A stretch of 64,000 nucleotides of DNA from Chloroflexota bacterium (GCA_025699005.1 JAILWI010000002.1:25403-89402); one strand, 5' to 3'; positions 1-8,796 are shown, counted from the first letter of the stretch. A program made the numbers and translations. The notes: generated by a model from the letters alone, not told the origin.

Positions 1-34
1 ATGCCCACCCCACATCAGACCTCCGGAGCTCCGT

Positions 35-526
35 GTGAACCTGTCCTCGTCGTCGCGCTACTTCCGCATGGCGCGCCTCGTGGTGAAGCTGCCGACCTAC
101 GCCAGGATGGTGTGGGGGCTCGTCCGAGACCCTCGCACGCCGATCGGCCTGAAGGGGATGCTGCTGGCCGCACTCGCCTACGTGGTGATGCCGGTCGACC
201 TCATCCCGGACGTCATCCCGATCCTCGGGCAGGCCGACGACCTCACCGTGCTCCTGCTCGTGCTCGACCTGTTCATCCAGAACGCCCCTCCGGAAGTTCG
301 AGCCGAGCACGCGGAGCGGGCGCGCAACGGAACCGCGGACCTCGACAGGGACCTGGCACGGCTGCGGGGATTGATGGGGCATCGATTCGACCGAATCCGG
401 GACGAGCTGCCCGAGCTGCTCGACCGCTACGGGCGAGCGCGCGATCCAGACGAGGTGAAGCGTGCCCTCGCCTCCTGGCGACGCCGGCGCATTCCCACCA
501 GCACATCGACGAAGGAGCTCGAATGA
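35..526 (+). CDS. DUF1232 (YkvA-like) small membrane protein
   Basis: The 163-aa ORF carries the core LAALAYVVMPVDLIPDVIPILGQADDLTVLLLVL typical of DUF1232. Its TGA overlaps the rplI ATG (ATGA at 523-526). The start could be an internal ATG. Confidence 0.6.
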   Translation: MNLSSSSRYFRMARLVVKLPTYARMVWGLVRDPRTPIGLKGMLLAALAYVVMPVDLIPDVIPILGQADDLTVLLLVLDLFIQNAPPEVRAEHAERARNGTADLDRDLARLRGLMGHRFDRIRDELPELLDRYGRARDPDEVKRALASWRRRRIPTSTSTKELE

Positions 527-972
527 AGGTCATCCTCAAGCGGGACGTGAAGGGCCTGGGTCGCGAAGGCGACCTCAAGGACGTCAAGGACGGATACGCC
601 CGCAACTTCCTGCTACCGACCGCGGCCGCCGTCGTCGCCGACAAGGGCGCCGTCGCGAACTGGGAGCGGCACCGCGAACAGCGTGAGGAGCGTGACCGCA
701 GCATCCGCGCCGATGCCGAGGCGATGGCCGAGAAGCTGCGCGAGCTGAAGCTCGAGATCCCGGTCAAGGCGGGGGAGCGCGGCCGGCTGTTCGGCGCGGT
801 GACGAGCCACCTCATCGGCGAGCACATCAACCGGGAAGGGATCGACCTCGACCGTCATGCCCTTCATCTGCGCGAGCCGATCAAGGCGCTCGGGGAGTAC
901 AAGGTGGACGTGCGGATCATGCCGGGCGTGGAGGCGGTCGTCAGCGTGAGCGTGGTTCCCGCCGAGGCATAG
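523..972 (+). CDS. rplI: 50S ribosomal protein L9 (bL9)
   Basis: An internal ATG at 523 lies in the frame-1 ORF. The translation MKVILKRDVKGLGREGDLKDVKDGYARNFLLP... is the canonical L9 N-terminus. It sits upstream of dnaB, as in the conserved rplI-dnaB synteny. Confidence 0.9.
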   Translation: MKVILKRDVKGLGREGDLKDVKDGYARNFLLPTAAAVVADKGAVANWERHREQREERDRSIRADAEAMAEKLRELKLEIPVKAGERGRLFGAVTSHLIGEHINREGIDLDRHALHLREPIKALGEYKVDVRIMPGVEAVVSVSVVPAEA

Positions 973-1092
973 ATCTCCGCGCACGCGGCGCCGCCGACCG
1001 TCGCGACACGTGAGCTGTCGAGAGACCCTGGGGTAATCGCCGGGTAAGCCGTCACTCGGTAGCGTCCACATGCCGTCCACACCTGCAACGGC

Positions 1093-1118
1093 GGTTATCC
1101 CCACGCCTGCGGATAACC
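1093..1118. promoter_or_regulatory. Inverted pair of DnaA-box-like 9-mers (TTATCCCCA / TTATCCGCA) in the rplI-dnaB spacer
   Basis: GGTTATCC (1093-1100) and GGATAACC (1111-1118) form a perfect 8-bp inverted repeat. Each arm contains an 8/9 match to the DnaA box consensus TTATCCACA. Confidence 0.3.
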
Positions 1119-1194
1119 CGGTTGAGCGGCCTGCGACGATGATCTCGCGCTCGGTGGTCACGGGTCCCGTCTGCGGACCGGCCGGGCGCGCTCC

Positions 1195-2577
1195 GTGTCC
1201 TCATCCCCGTCCCAGCGAGAACCCGAATCCGTGAGCATCGACAAGCTGGCGCCGCAGGCGGTCGAGGCCGAGCAGAGCGTGCTCGGGTCGATCCTCATCG
1301 ACTCGGATGCCGTCCTCAAGGTCGGCGACTTCCTCAAGCCGACCGACTTCTACCGCGCCCAGCACGCCGATATCTACGAGGCCATGCTGGCGCTCCACGG
1401 TCAGCGTGAGCCGATCGACCTCGTCACCCTGGGTGACGAGCTGCGACGGCGAGATCGCCTCGACGCGATCGGTGGGCCGGCATACCTGACCTCGCTCATG
1501 AACGCGGTGCCGACCGCGGTGCATGCCGAGCACTACGGGCGGATCGTCGAACGCAAGGCGGTGCTCCGCAACCTCATCGGTGCGGCGGGCAGGATCGCCG
1601 CGGTCGGGTACGAGGAGGCGAACGACGCCGAGGTCGCGATCGACCGGGCCGAGTCGATCCTCTTCGAGATCAGCCAGCGACGGACGGAGGGTGGGTTCGA
1701 GTCGCTCTCGATCCTGCTCGGTCAGGCCTACGACCGGCTCGAGTACCTCCACGAGCATCGTGGCCAGATCCTTGGCGTGCCGACCGGCCTCTCCCAGCTG
1801 GATGCCCTGCTCGGTGGCTTCCAGCCGTCGGATCTCGTGATCCTCGCGGCCCGTCCGTCGGTCGGAAAGACCTCCCTGGCCCTGAACGTGGCACAGCACG
1901 CAGCCGTTCGCGAGGGCAAGAAGGTGGCGGTCTTCAGCCTCGAGATGAGCAAGGAGCAGCTCGCCCTGCGCCTGCTGAGCGCCGAGAGCGGGATCAACCC
2001 TCGCCCCCTGCAGACCGGGTTCGTCGACGAGACCGACTGGAGCAAGATCGCCACGGTCATGAACGACATGGCGTCGGCCACGATGTGGATCGACGACTCG
2101 CCGGCCCTGTCGGTCATGGAGCTGCGCACGAAGGCGAGGCGCCTCGAAGCGGAGCAGCGCGGGCTCGACCTCGTGATCGTCGACTACCTCCAGCTCATGC
2201 AGGCGTCGACGCCGAACAAGGACGCGAACCGCGTCCAGGAGGTCTCGGAGATCAGCCGCGGGCTGAAGCAGCTCGCCCGCGAGCTCAAGGTCCCGGTCGT
2301 CGCGCTCTCCCAGCTCTCTCGTGGCGTCGAGCAGCGCGGCACCGCCGAACCCCGCCTCTCCGACCTTCGCGAATCGGGGAGCATCGAGCAGGACGCGGAC
2401 GTCGTGATCTTCCTGTACCGGGATGGTGAGCAGAATCCCGACGCCGAGGTGGAGCTCGTCAAGGCCAAGGTCGCCAAGCATCGCAACGGGCCCATCGGCG
2501 AGGTTCCCCTCCAGTTCCGAAAGGCGAACACCCGCTTCTACACGGTCGCCGCTCGCGAGGAGATCGCCGCGTACTGA
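1195..2577 (+). CDS. dnaB: Replicative DNA helicase DnaB
   Basis: 460 aa. N-terminal PQAVEAEQSVLGSILID, Walker A ARPSVGKTSLALN, DYLQLM and SQLSRGVEQR motifs are present. There is no intein-sized insertion. Confidence 0.95.
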   Translation: MSSSPSQREPESVSIDKLAPQAVEAEQSVLGSILIDSDAVLKVGDFLKPTDFYRAQHADIYEAMLALHGQREPIDLVTLGDELRRRDRLDAIGGPAYLTSLMNAVPTAVHAEHYGRIVERKAVLRNLIGAAGRIAAVGYEEANDAEVAIDRAESILFEISQRRTEGGFESLSILLGQAYDRLEYLHEHRGQILGVPTGLSQLDALLGGFQPSDLVILAARPSVGKTSLALNVAQHAAVREGKKVAVFSLEMSKEQLALRLLSAESGINPRPLQTGFVDETDWSKIATVMNDMASATMWIDDSPALSVMELRTKARRLEAEQRGLDLVIVDYLQLMQASTPNKDANRVQEVSEISRGLKQLARELKVPVVALSQLSRGVEQRGTAEPRLSDLRESGSIEQDADVVIFLYRDGEQNPDAEVELVKAKVAKHRNGPIGEVPLQFRKANTRFYTVAAREEIAAY

Positions 2578-2784
2578 GCCGTGGTCAGCGGGCAAGCGGT
2601 CGTACGAGTGCCGAGAGGGTTGAAATCGGGGTGTACACTCGGGCGCTGTAACGACCGGCCTTTCAACGTCTGACCCGAGTTCGCTCCGATCCGCGCCTCG
2701 TTCACCGCAGATCCTGGCCCGCTCCGCAGACCGCGACCGTCCAACTTCGGGCCGGGCGTGCGAGACAGGAGGCACTGGAGAAGG

Positions 2785-3093
2785 GTGTACGCCGACAAGA
2801 CCATCCGCTGTCGCGACTGCGGCATGGACTTCGTATTCTCAGCGGGCGAGCAGGAGTTCTACGCCAGCAAGGGGCTGGTGAACGAGCCTCAGCGCTGCCA
2901 GAGCTGCCGAGCCATCGCAAAGCAAAATCGCGCTCTCGGCATCGGGGGTGGAGGTGGGAACGGAGGACAGCGCGAGATGCACGCGGCGGTGTGCGCCGAG
3001 TGCGGAGGTCAGGCACTCGTGCCGTTCCTCCCCCGCAACGACCGCCCGGTCTACTGCTCCAACTGCTTCGACAAGGTGCGCGCCCGGGCCTGA
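2785..3093 (+). CDS. Zinc-ribbon domain protein (two CxxC...CxxC halves joined by a Gly-rich linker)
   Basis: The halves are CRDCG...CQSC and CAECG...CSNCF. A GTG at 2785 is preceded by GGAGAAGG. The ORF track begins at 2758, but that start has no RBS. Confidence 0.6.
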   Translation: MYADKTIRCRDCGMDFVFSAGEQEFYASKGLVNEPQRCQSCRAIAKQNRALGIGGGGGNGGQREMHAAVCAECGGQALVPFLPRNDRPVYCSNCFDKVRARA

Positions 3094-3131
3094 CCGCTCG
3101 GAGCGGAGAGCTTCCGCACCACCGCGACGAG

Positions 3132-3154
3132 ACGCCGCCCCCGGGGCGGCGTTT
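3132..3154 (+). terminator. GC-rich hairpin terminator after the zinc-ribbon gene
   Basis: ACGCCGCCC-ccg-GGGCGGCGT forms a 9-bp perfect stem with a 3-nt loop, followed by TT. It lies 39 nt after the stop codon. Confidence 0.5.
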
Positions 3155-3268
3155 CGCATGCCACGCCGTGGGCCGGACGTCCATCGCCCTCACCGGACGT
3201 TCGTCCGATCCGCGGAGTCCGCGGCCCTTGCGACAATGGTCCTGCGAATGCAGGGAACCCATCCGATC

Positions 3269-4900
3269 ATGCGATACCGAATGGCGCGGCTCGCGGCCGC
3301 GCTCATCCTTTCACTGGGCGCCGTGACCTTCCCGGCACCCGATCGGGCCGCCGCCGCCATGACCGTCCAGCGCTTCGGTGGCGCGGACCGCTATGCCACC
3401 GCCGCCGCCGTGAGTGCAGCGCACTTCGCGCCGGGCGTGCCGGCGGTCTACATCGCGACCGGTGCTGGCTACCCCGACGCGCTTGCCGGCGGACCCGCCG
3501 CGGCGCTCGCCGGCGCTCCGATCCTCCTCGTCACGCGCTGGTCGATCCCGTCGCCGATTGCGGCCGAGCTCAACCGTCTCAAGCCGGGACGCATCGTCGT
3601 GCTCGGCGGCGGCAACGTGATCAGCGACAACGTGGCTCGCGCGCTCGACGGCTACGACACGGGGGGCGGGGTCCAGCGCATCGGCGGGGCCGATCGCTAC
3701 GCCACCGCGGCGGCGGTCAGCCGTGCCACGTTCGCCCCGGGGACGGCCACCGTGTACGTCGCCACCGGGTCCGCGTTTCCCGATGCGCTGGTCGGAGGCG
3801 TTGCGGCCGCTCGCGCATCCGCACCGGTCCTCCTGACGAAGCGCGACGGCCTTCCCGCCGCGACGGAGGCCGAGATCAAGCGGCTCGCGCCGGTGCGCAT
3901 CGTGATCCTGGGCGGCACCGCCGTGGTCAACGAGGCGGTGGGTGCCCGCCTTCGGACGCTCGTGCCGTCGGGAGGTGTCAGCCGCCTGGCGGGCGCCGAC
4001 CGTTACGCCACCGGCGTGGCGGTCAGCCGTGCCTCGTTCGCATCGGCTCCGGTCCTGTTCGTCGCGACGGGAACCGCGTTTCCGGACGCACTCGTGGCGG
4101 TCCCGGCGGCAGCCCGCGCCGGCGGTGCGCTGCTGCTCGTGCCCGGGACCTGGGTGCCGCCGGCCGTCCGCGACGAGGCGGTCCGGCTCAAGCCCGGTGG
4201 CCTGACCCTTCTCGGTGGGCGCCACGTCCTCAACGACCGGGTCACCTTCGACCTGCGGGTGGCGCTGGGCGACCTGCCTCCGCTGCCGGCGTGCAGCTAC
4301 CAGGACGTCCTCACCCCGTATCGCGCCTACGCCGACTGGCAGCGCACCCTGGTGGACACCATCCTCATGGTCCCCTCGAGCTATGCGCCGGGTGATCTCG
4401 TCGACAGCGGGTCGGCCGGGCTGAACGGCGGGTACGCGCTGCGGTCGCTCGTCGCCGCCGACCTCCGCGCCATGGCATCGGCCGCCCAGTCCGCCGGCCG
4501 GCCGATCCAGGTCGCCAGCGCATACCGCAGCTACAGCACCCAGAAGGCGACGTTCGACCACTGGGTGGCGGTGGGCGGCTACGAGCAGGCGCTTCGCACG
4601 AGCGCGCGTCCCGGTCACTCCGAGCATCAGCTCGGGACGACCTTCGACTTCACGAGTCGTGGTGGGCGCCCGCCGTGGGAGTACTCCGACTGGGCGGCCA
4701 CCCCCGCCGGGGGGTGGATGGCGGCGAACGCCTGGCGCTACGGCTTCGTGATGAGCTACCCGCGCAACAGCTTCGATCGCGTCTGCTACGACTACGAGCC
4801 GTGGCATTACCGTTACGTCGGACGAAGTGTCGCGGCGGAAGTCCGGCATTCCGGCCTGACGCTGCGGGAGTGGCTCTGGCTCAACGGCTCGGGCGGATGA
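3269..4900 (+). CDS. Secreted cell-wall-binding (3x CWB2 repeat) D-alanyl-D-alanine carboxypeptidase, VanY/peptidase M15B family
   Basis: Signal peptide MRYRMARLAAALILSLGAV. GADRYATAAAVS...YPDALAGGPAAA occurs three times (CWB2). The C-terminus has SAYRSYSTQ...GHSEHQLGTTFDF...EPWHYRYVG (VanY zinc ligands). The ORF upstream of 3269 is treated as shadow. Confidence 0.8.
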   Translation: MRYRMARLAAALILSLGAVTFPAPDRAAAAMTVQRFGGADRYATAAAVSAAHFAPGVPAVYIATGAGYPDALAGGPAAALAGAPILLVTRWSIPSPIAAELNRLKPGRIVVLGGGNVISDNVARALDGYDTGGGVQRIGGADRYATAAAVSRATFAPGTATVYVATGSAFPDALVGGVAAARASAPVLLTKRDGLPAATEAEIKRLAPVRIVILGGTAVVNEAVGARLRTLVPSGGVSRLAGADRYATGVAVSRASFASAPVLFVATGTAFPDALVAVPAAARAGGALLLVPGTWVPPAVRDEAVRLKPGGLTLLGGRHVLNDRVTFDLRVALGDLPPLPACSYQDVLTPYRAYADWQRTLVDTILMVPSSYAPGDLVDSGSAGLNGGYALRSLVAADLRAMASAAQSAGRPIQVASAYRSYSTQKATFDHWVAVGGYEQALRTSARPGHSEHQLGTTFDFTSRGGRPPWEYSDWAATPAGGWMAANAWRYGFVMSYPRNSFDRVCYDYEPWHYRYVGRSVAAEVRHSGLTLREWLWLNGSGG

Positions 4901-4977
4901 CGTGTCGGGCGCGAGCCGACCGCGGCCGGTAGGATGACGCGGTTCCCCGCTCGCATCGAGGTCGTCGCCGTCCCGTC

Positions 4978-6282
4978 ATGTCCGTCATCGCCGTTGTCGG
5001 CGCCCAATGGGGCGACGAAGGGAAGGGCCGCGTCGTCGACTACCTGGCCGACGAAGCCAGCCTCGTCATTCGCTACGGCGGGGGAAACAACGCCGGCCAC
5101 ACGGTGGTCAACCCCCACGGCCACTTCAAGCTCCATCTGATCCCGTCGGGGATCTTCCACCACGGGACGCGGAATCTCCTCGGCAATGGCGTCGTCATCA
5201 ACCCGCCGGCCCTGGTGGCGGAGCTCGACGGCCTGGCGGCTGCCGGGTTCGACGGGGCGAACCTCTTCATCAGCGACCGTGCGCACCTCGTCATGCCGTA
5301 CCACGTGCTCCTCGACCAGCTCGAGGAGCGCGAGCGGGGCTCCGGCCGCCTGGGGACGACGTCGCGCGGCATCGGTCCCGCGTACGTGGACAAGGTCGCC
5401 CGACGCGGGCTGCGGGTCATCGACCTCGTCGAGCCCGACACCTTCCGGGCCCGGCTGGCGGCCGCCCTGCCACGCATCCGGCGGGTCGTCGCGGGATACG
5501 CCGGGGCCGCAGACGAGATGGCGGACGAGATCGCCGAGGCCACCGACGAGGCTCGCATCGCCGATGCCTACCTCGAGGCTGGCGCGCGCCTGTCTCGCCA
5601 CGTGGTCGACGGCCAAACGCTGGTCGACGAGGCGCTCGAGCGAGGCGAACGGATCCTGCTGGAGGGCCAGCTCGGGACGATGCGAGACCTCGACTGGGGG
5701 ATCTATCCCTTCGTCACGAGCTCGTCGCCGATCCCCGGTGGCGCCAGTCTCGGGGCCGGACTGCCGGCGGTGTCCATCGACCAGGTGCTCGGCGTCGCGA
5801 AGGCGTACACGACCGCCGTGGGTTCCGGCCCGCTGCCGACCGAGCTCGAGGACGCCGATGGCGAGCACCTTCGTGAACGCGGCGAGGAGTACGGCACCTC
5901 CACCGGCCGCGCACGACGTTGCGGGTGGTACGACGCGGTCGCCGTTCGCTTCAGCGTGCGCCTGGCCGGCTACTCGAGCATCGCGCTGACGAAGCTCGAC
6001 GTCCTCGATGGCTTCGACCGCGTGCTCTTGGCGCGCGCGTACCGTGACCCCATCGACGGGCGCGAGTGGACGACCGTTCCGGCCTCGACGAGCGTGTACG
6101 AGCGGCTCGAGCCGGTCTACGAGGAGCTGGCCGGATGGCAGGAGGACACGACGGCCTGCCGTTCCTGGTCCGAGCTTCCGGCCGCGGCGCGCGCCTACGT
6201 CGATCGGCTGCAGGAGCTGGCCGGCGTGCCGATCAGCCACGTGAGCGTTGGCCCCGAACGTGCGCAGATGATCGTCCGCTAG
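4978..6282 (+). CDS. purA: Adenylosuccinate synthetase
   Basis: VVGAQWGDEGKGRVVDYL, GGGNNAGHTV and TTSRGIGPAY motifs; 434 aa. Confidence 0.95.
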   Translation: MSVIAVVGAQWGDEGKGRVVDYLADEASLVIRYGGGNNAGHTVVNPHGHFKLHLIPSGIFHHGTRNLLGNGVVINPPALVAELDGLAAAGFDGANLFISDRAHLVMPYHVLLDQLEERERGSGRLGTTSRGIGPAYVDKVARRGLRVIDLVEPDTFRARLAAALPRIRRVVAGYAGAADEMADEIAEATDEARIADAYLEAGARLSRHVVDGQTLVDEALERGERILLEGQLGTMRDLDWGIYPFVTSSSPIPGGASLGAGLPAVSIDQVLGVAKAYTTAVGSGPLPTELEDADGEHLRERGEEYGTSTGRARRCGWYDAVAVRFSVRLAGYSSIALTKLDVLDGFDRVLLARAYRDPIDGREWTTVPASTSVYERLEPVYEELAGWQEDTTACRSWSELPAAARAYVDRLQELAGVPISHVSVGPERAQMIVR

Positions 6283-6321
6283 GTCGACCGACATCAGGAC
6301 GGATAGGAAGGAGCGCATCGC

Positions 6322-7227
6322 GTGAGGCTGGGTGTCATCGTTCCCCAGGGCTGGACCGGCGAGTACGACGGATGGGAGCCGGAGCGAGCTTGGCAACGCA
6401 CCCGGGAGGTTGCGCAGCAGGCGGATCGGCTCGGTGTCGAGTCGGTCTGGCTCTTCGACCACTTCACGACCACCCCGAAGCCGACCGACGAGCTGACGTT
6501 CGAGTCGTTCGTCTCGCTCAGCGCGCTGGCGGAGGCGACCGAGCGCGTCCGGCTCGGGCAGATCGTGATCTGCAACGGCTTCCGGAACCCGGCGCTCACC
6601 GCGAAGATGGCCTCGACGCTGGACACGATCTCCGGGGGACGCTTCGAGCTCGGCATCGGCGCGGGCTGGAAGCGCGACGAGTGGAATGCGTACGGCTACG
6701 GGTTCCCGGAGACCCGCGAGCGGCTGGCCATGCTCCACGATGCTCTCGAGGTGATCACCCGCATGCTCGAGCCCGGGCGCGGCACCCACGCCACGTGGGA
6801 CGGCGAGCACCACCGGGTGACCGATGCCATCAACCTTCCCAAGCCGATCCAGGAGACCGGGATGCCGGTCATGGTGGGCGGCAACGGGCCGAAGGTGACG
6901 TGGCGCCTCGCCGCGCGCTATGCCGATGAGCTCAACCTCGACGGCATGTCGCCCGACGAGGTGCGCGAGGCACTGCCGACCATCCGGGCCCGCTGCGAGG
7001 AGATCGAACGCGATCCCGATTCGCTCGCGATCTCGGTTCACGTCTGGTGGGGCGAGCCGGCATGGGCGAAGGCAGGAGCCGAGCGGCAGCAGCTGCTCGG
7101 CGACTACGCGGAGCTCGGCGTCAGCCGGGTGATGGGCCTGCTCCAGGCGTCCGCCGACGACGACGCGGCCGTCGCCTCGCTCGTCGACGACGCGCGCGCC
7201 GCAGGGGTCGAGCTCGCCGACGCCTGA
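6322..7227 (+). CDS. LLM-class (luciferase-like) F420-dependent oxidoreductase
   Basis: 301 aa with SVWLFDHF...RVRLGQIVICNGFRNPALTAKMASTLDTISGGRFELGIGAGW, typical of the LLM F420 oxidoreductase family. RBS GGAAGGAG lies upstream. Confidence 0.8.
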   Translation: MRLGVIVPQGWTGEYDGWEPERAWQRTREVAQQADRLGVESVWLFDHFTTTPKPTDELTFESFVSLSALAEATERVRLGQIVICNGFRNPALTAKMASTLDTISGGRFELGIGAGWKRDEWNAYGYGFPETRERLAMLHDALEVITRMLEPGRGTHATWDGEHHRVTDAINLPKPIQETGMPVMVGGNGPKVTWRLAARYADELNLDGMSPDEVREALPTIRARCEEIERDPDSLAISVHVWWGEPAWAKAGAERQQLLGDYAELGVSRVMGLLQASADDDAAVASLVDDARAAGVELADA

Positions 7228-7245
7228 CCACGTCGCCGGCAACGC

Positions 7246-8712
7246 ATGGAGCGGCGCGCGGCGCGCGTATCCATGGGCATGGACCTTCGTCGCACCCTCG
7301 CCTGGTTCCGGCGCGACCTTCGCGTCGGGGACAACCGCATGCTCGAGGCGGCCACGCGGGCCGAGCGTGCCTGGCCGGTGTTCGTGGTCGACCCCGACCT
7401 CATCGCCGAGCACGACGCCGCGGTTGGTCGTCGAGCCTGGTTCGACGCGAACATGCGGGCACTCGACACGACACTGCGGGAGTCTGGCTCGGCCCTGACC
7501 GTGCTTCACGGCCGCCCCGAGGACGTGCTGCCCACGTTCGCCGCCGCGGTGGGAGCCGACCGCGTGGTCGCGGGAGCGGACGAGGATCCGGCCGCCATCG
7601 CGCGCGACGCGCGGGTTGCGACGCGCGTGGATCTCCATCTCGTCCACGACCAGCGCATCGCGTCGCCCGAGATCGTGCGTTCCGCGGACGATCGCCCGTA
7701 CACGGTCTTCAGCCCGTTCCGGCGCGCCCTCGAGCGACACCTGGCCGAAGCGGCAGACGACCCGTTCGCGACCGCGGACCCGGATCTCGCGCGGCTCGCG
7801 CGTGCCTCGGACATGTCATCCGCTGACACGCTGCCGGCTGACGCGGCGGAGTCCACCCGGGCACCGTTCGACCTGCCACCCTCCGGCGAGGCCGCCGCGG
7901 CCGATCGCTTGCGGGCATTCCTGCGCTCCGGCCTCGCCGCGTATGCCGGCGATCGCGATCGGCCCGACGTCGATGGGACCTCGCGGATCTCGCCGTATCT
8001 GCGCGTTGGCGCGCTGGGCATCCGCGCATGCTGGCGTGCTGCGACGAATGCCGCCGAGCGCGCGCGTGAACGCGGTGACGCCGCGCTTCTGCGCGGGGCG
8101 GATGCGTGGCGGGGTGAGCTGGCGTGGCGTGAGTTCTTCGCCCACGTGATGGCGGCCAACCCACGTGTGGCCCGCGAGAGCTTCCGGACCGAGTTCGACG
8201 CGATGTCCTGGGAGGGGGGACGCGACGCCGACGCGATGCTCGAAGCGTGGGAGCAGGGTCGGACCGGCTACCCGTTCGTGGACGCCGGCATGCGACAGCT
8301 CGTCGCCACCGGATGGATGCACAACCGCGCCCGGCTGGTGACGGCGAGCTTCCTCGTCAAGCATCTCGGGATCGACTGGCGCACGGGGGAGCGCGTCTTC
8401 GCGAAGCACCTCCTCGACGCCGACGTGCAGCAGAACAATGGGAACTGGCAGTGGGTCGCCGGGGTCGGCACCGACGCGGCGCCGTACTTCCGGATCTTCA
8501 ACCCGTCGCTCCAGGCGAAGCGCTTCGATCCCGATGGGGCTTACATCCGCGCCTGGGTCCCCGAGCTGGCCGCCGTCCCCGACGGCCGCGTGCACGAGCC
8601 ATGGAAGGCCGAGGGCCCGCCGTCCGGCTACCCCTCGCCGATCGTCGATCACGCTGCCGCGCGTGAGCGCGCGCTCGCTCGCTACGGAGCGGTGCGGCGC
8701 GAGCGTGTATAG
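7246..8712 (+). CDS. phr: Deoxyribodipyrimidine (CPD) photolyase
   Basis: LAWFRRDLRVGDN at the N-terminus; C-terminal FAD-binding block GYPFVDAGMRQL..TGWMHNRARLVTASFLVK...NNGNWQWVAGVGTDAAPYFRIFNP. Confidence 0.9.
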   Translation: MERRAARVSMGMDLRRTLAWFRRDLRVGDNRMLEAATRAERAWPVFVVDPDLIAEHDAAVGRRAWFDANMRALDTTLRESGSALTVLHGRPEDVLPTFAAAVGADRVVAGADEDPAAIARDARVATRVDLHLVHDQRIASPEIVRSADDRPYTVFSPFRRALERHLAEAADDPFATADPDLARLARASDMSSADTLPADAAESTRAPFDLPPSGEAAAADRLRAFLRSGLAAYAGDRDRPDVDGTSRISPYLRVGALGIRACWRAATNAAERARERGDAALLRGADAWRGELAWREFFAHVMAANPRVARESFRTEFDAMSWEGGRDADAMLEAWEQGRTGYPFVDAGMRQLVATGWMHNRARLVTASFLVKHLGIDWRTGERVFAKHLLDADVQQNNGNWQWVAGVGTDAAPYFRIFNPSLQAKRFDPDGAYIRAWVPELAAVPDGRVHEPWKAEGPPSGYPSPIVDHAAARERALARYGAVRRERV

Positions 8713-8731
8713 GGTCTGTACCGTGTGCGTC

Positions 8732-8769
8732 TTGACATGGCGTGCGTGGTGATGGTACAAACCATGTAC
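8732..8769 (+). promoter_or_regulatory. Candidate sigma70-type promoter (TTGACA-18-TACAAA) with overlapping GTACA-N5-TGTAC inverted repeat
   Basis: TTGACA at 8732-8737 and TACAAA at 8756-8761. The inverted repeat at 8755-8769 covers the -10 and the expected TSS. RBS GAAGG and the ATG at 8797 follow. Confidence 0.35.
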
Positions 8770-8796
8770 ACGCCCTGCACATAGAAGGTATGAGCA

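Noticed and set aside
1195-2577. Intein or other insertion in DnaB, which is common in some lineages.
   Set aside because: The ORF is a standard 460 aa with contiguous helicase motifs, so there is no room for an intein.
2578-2757. A tRNA or tmRNA-like gene in the long dnaB-downstream spacer.
   Set aside because: No T-loop (GGTTCGAnnCC) or acceptor-stem complementarity is visible, and the inverted repeats do not give a cloverleaf.
2935-2965. A G-run (GGGGGTGGAGGTGGGAACGGAGG) as a potential G-quadruplex or regulatory element.
   Set aside because: It lies inside the zinc-ribbon ORF and simply encodes the Gly-rich linker GIGGGGGNGGQ. The G-tracts are short and irregular.
4813-7740. A 975-aa ORF on the minus strand spanning purA, the LLM oxidoreductase and the start of the photolyase gene.
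   Set aside because: It is exactly antisense to three genes with unmistakable conserved motifs. The translation is an Arg/Gly/Val/Asp/Pro-rich low-information sequence with no recognisable domain. This is a typical stop-codon-poor shadow frame of GC-rich DNA.
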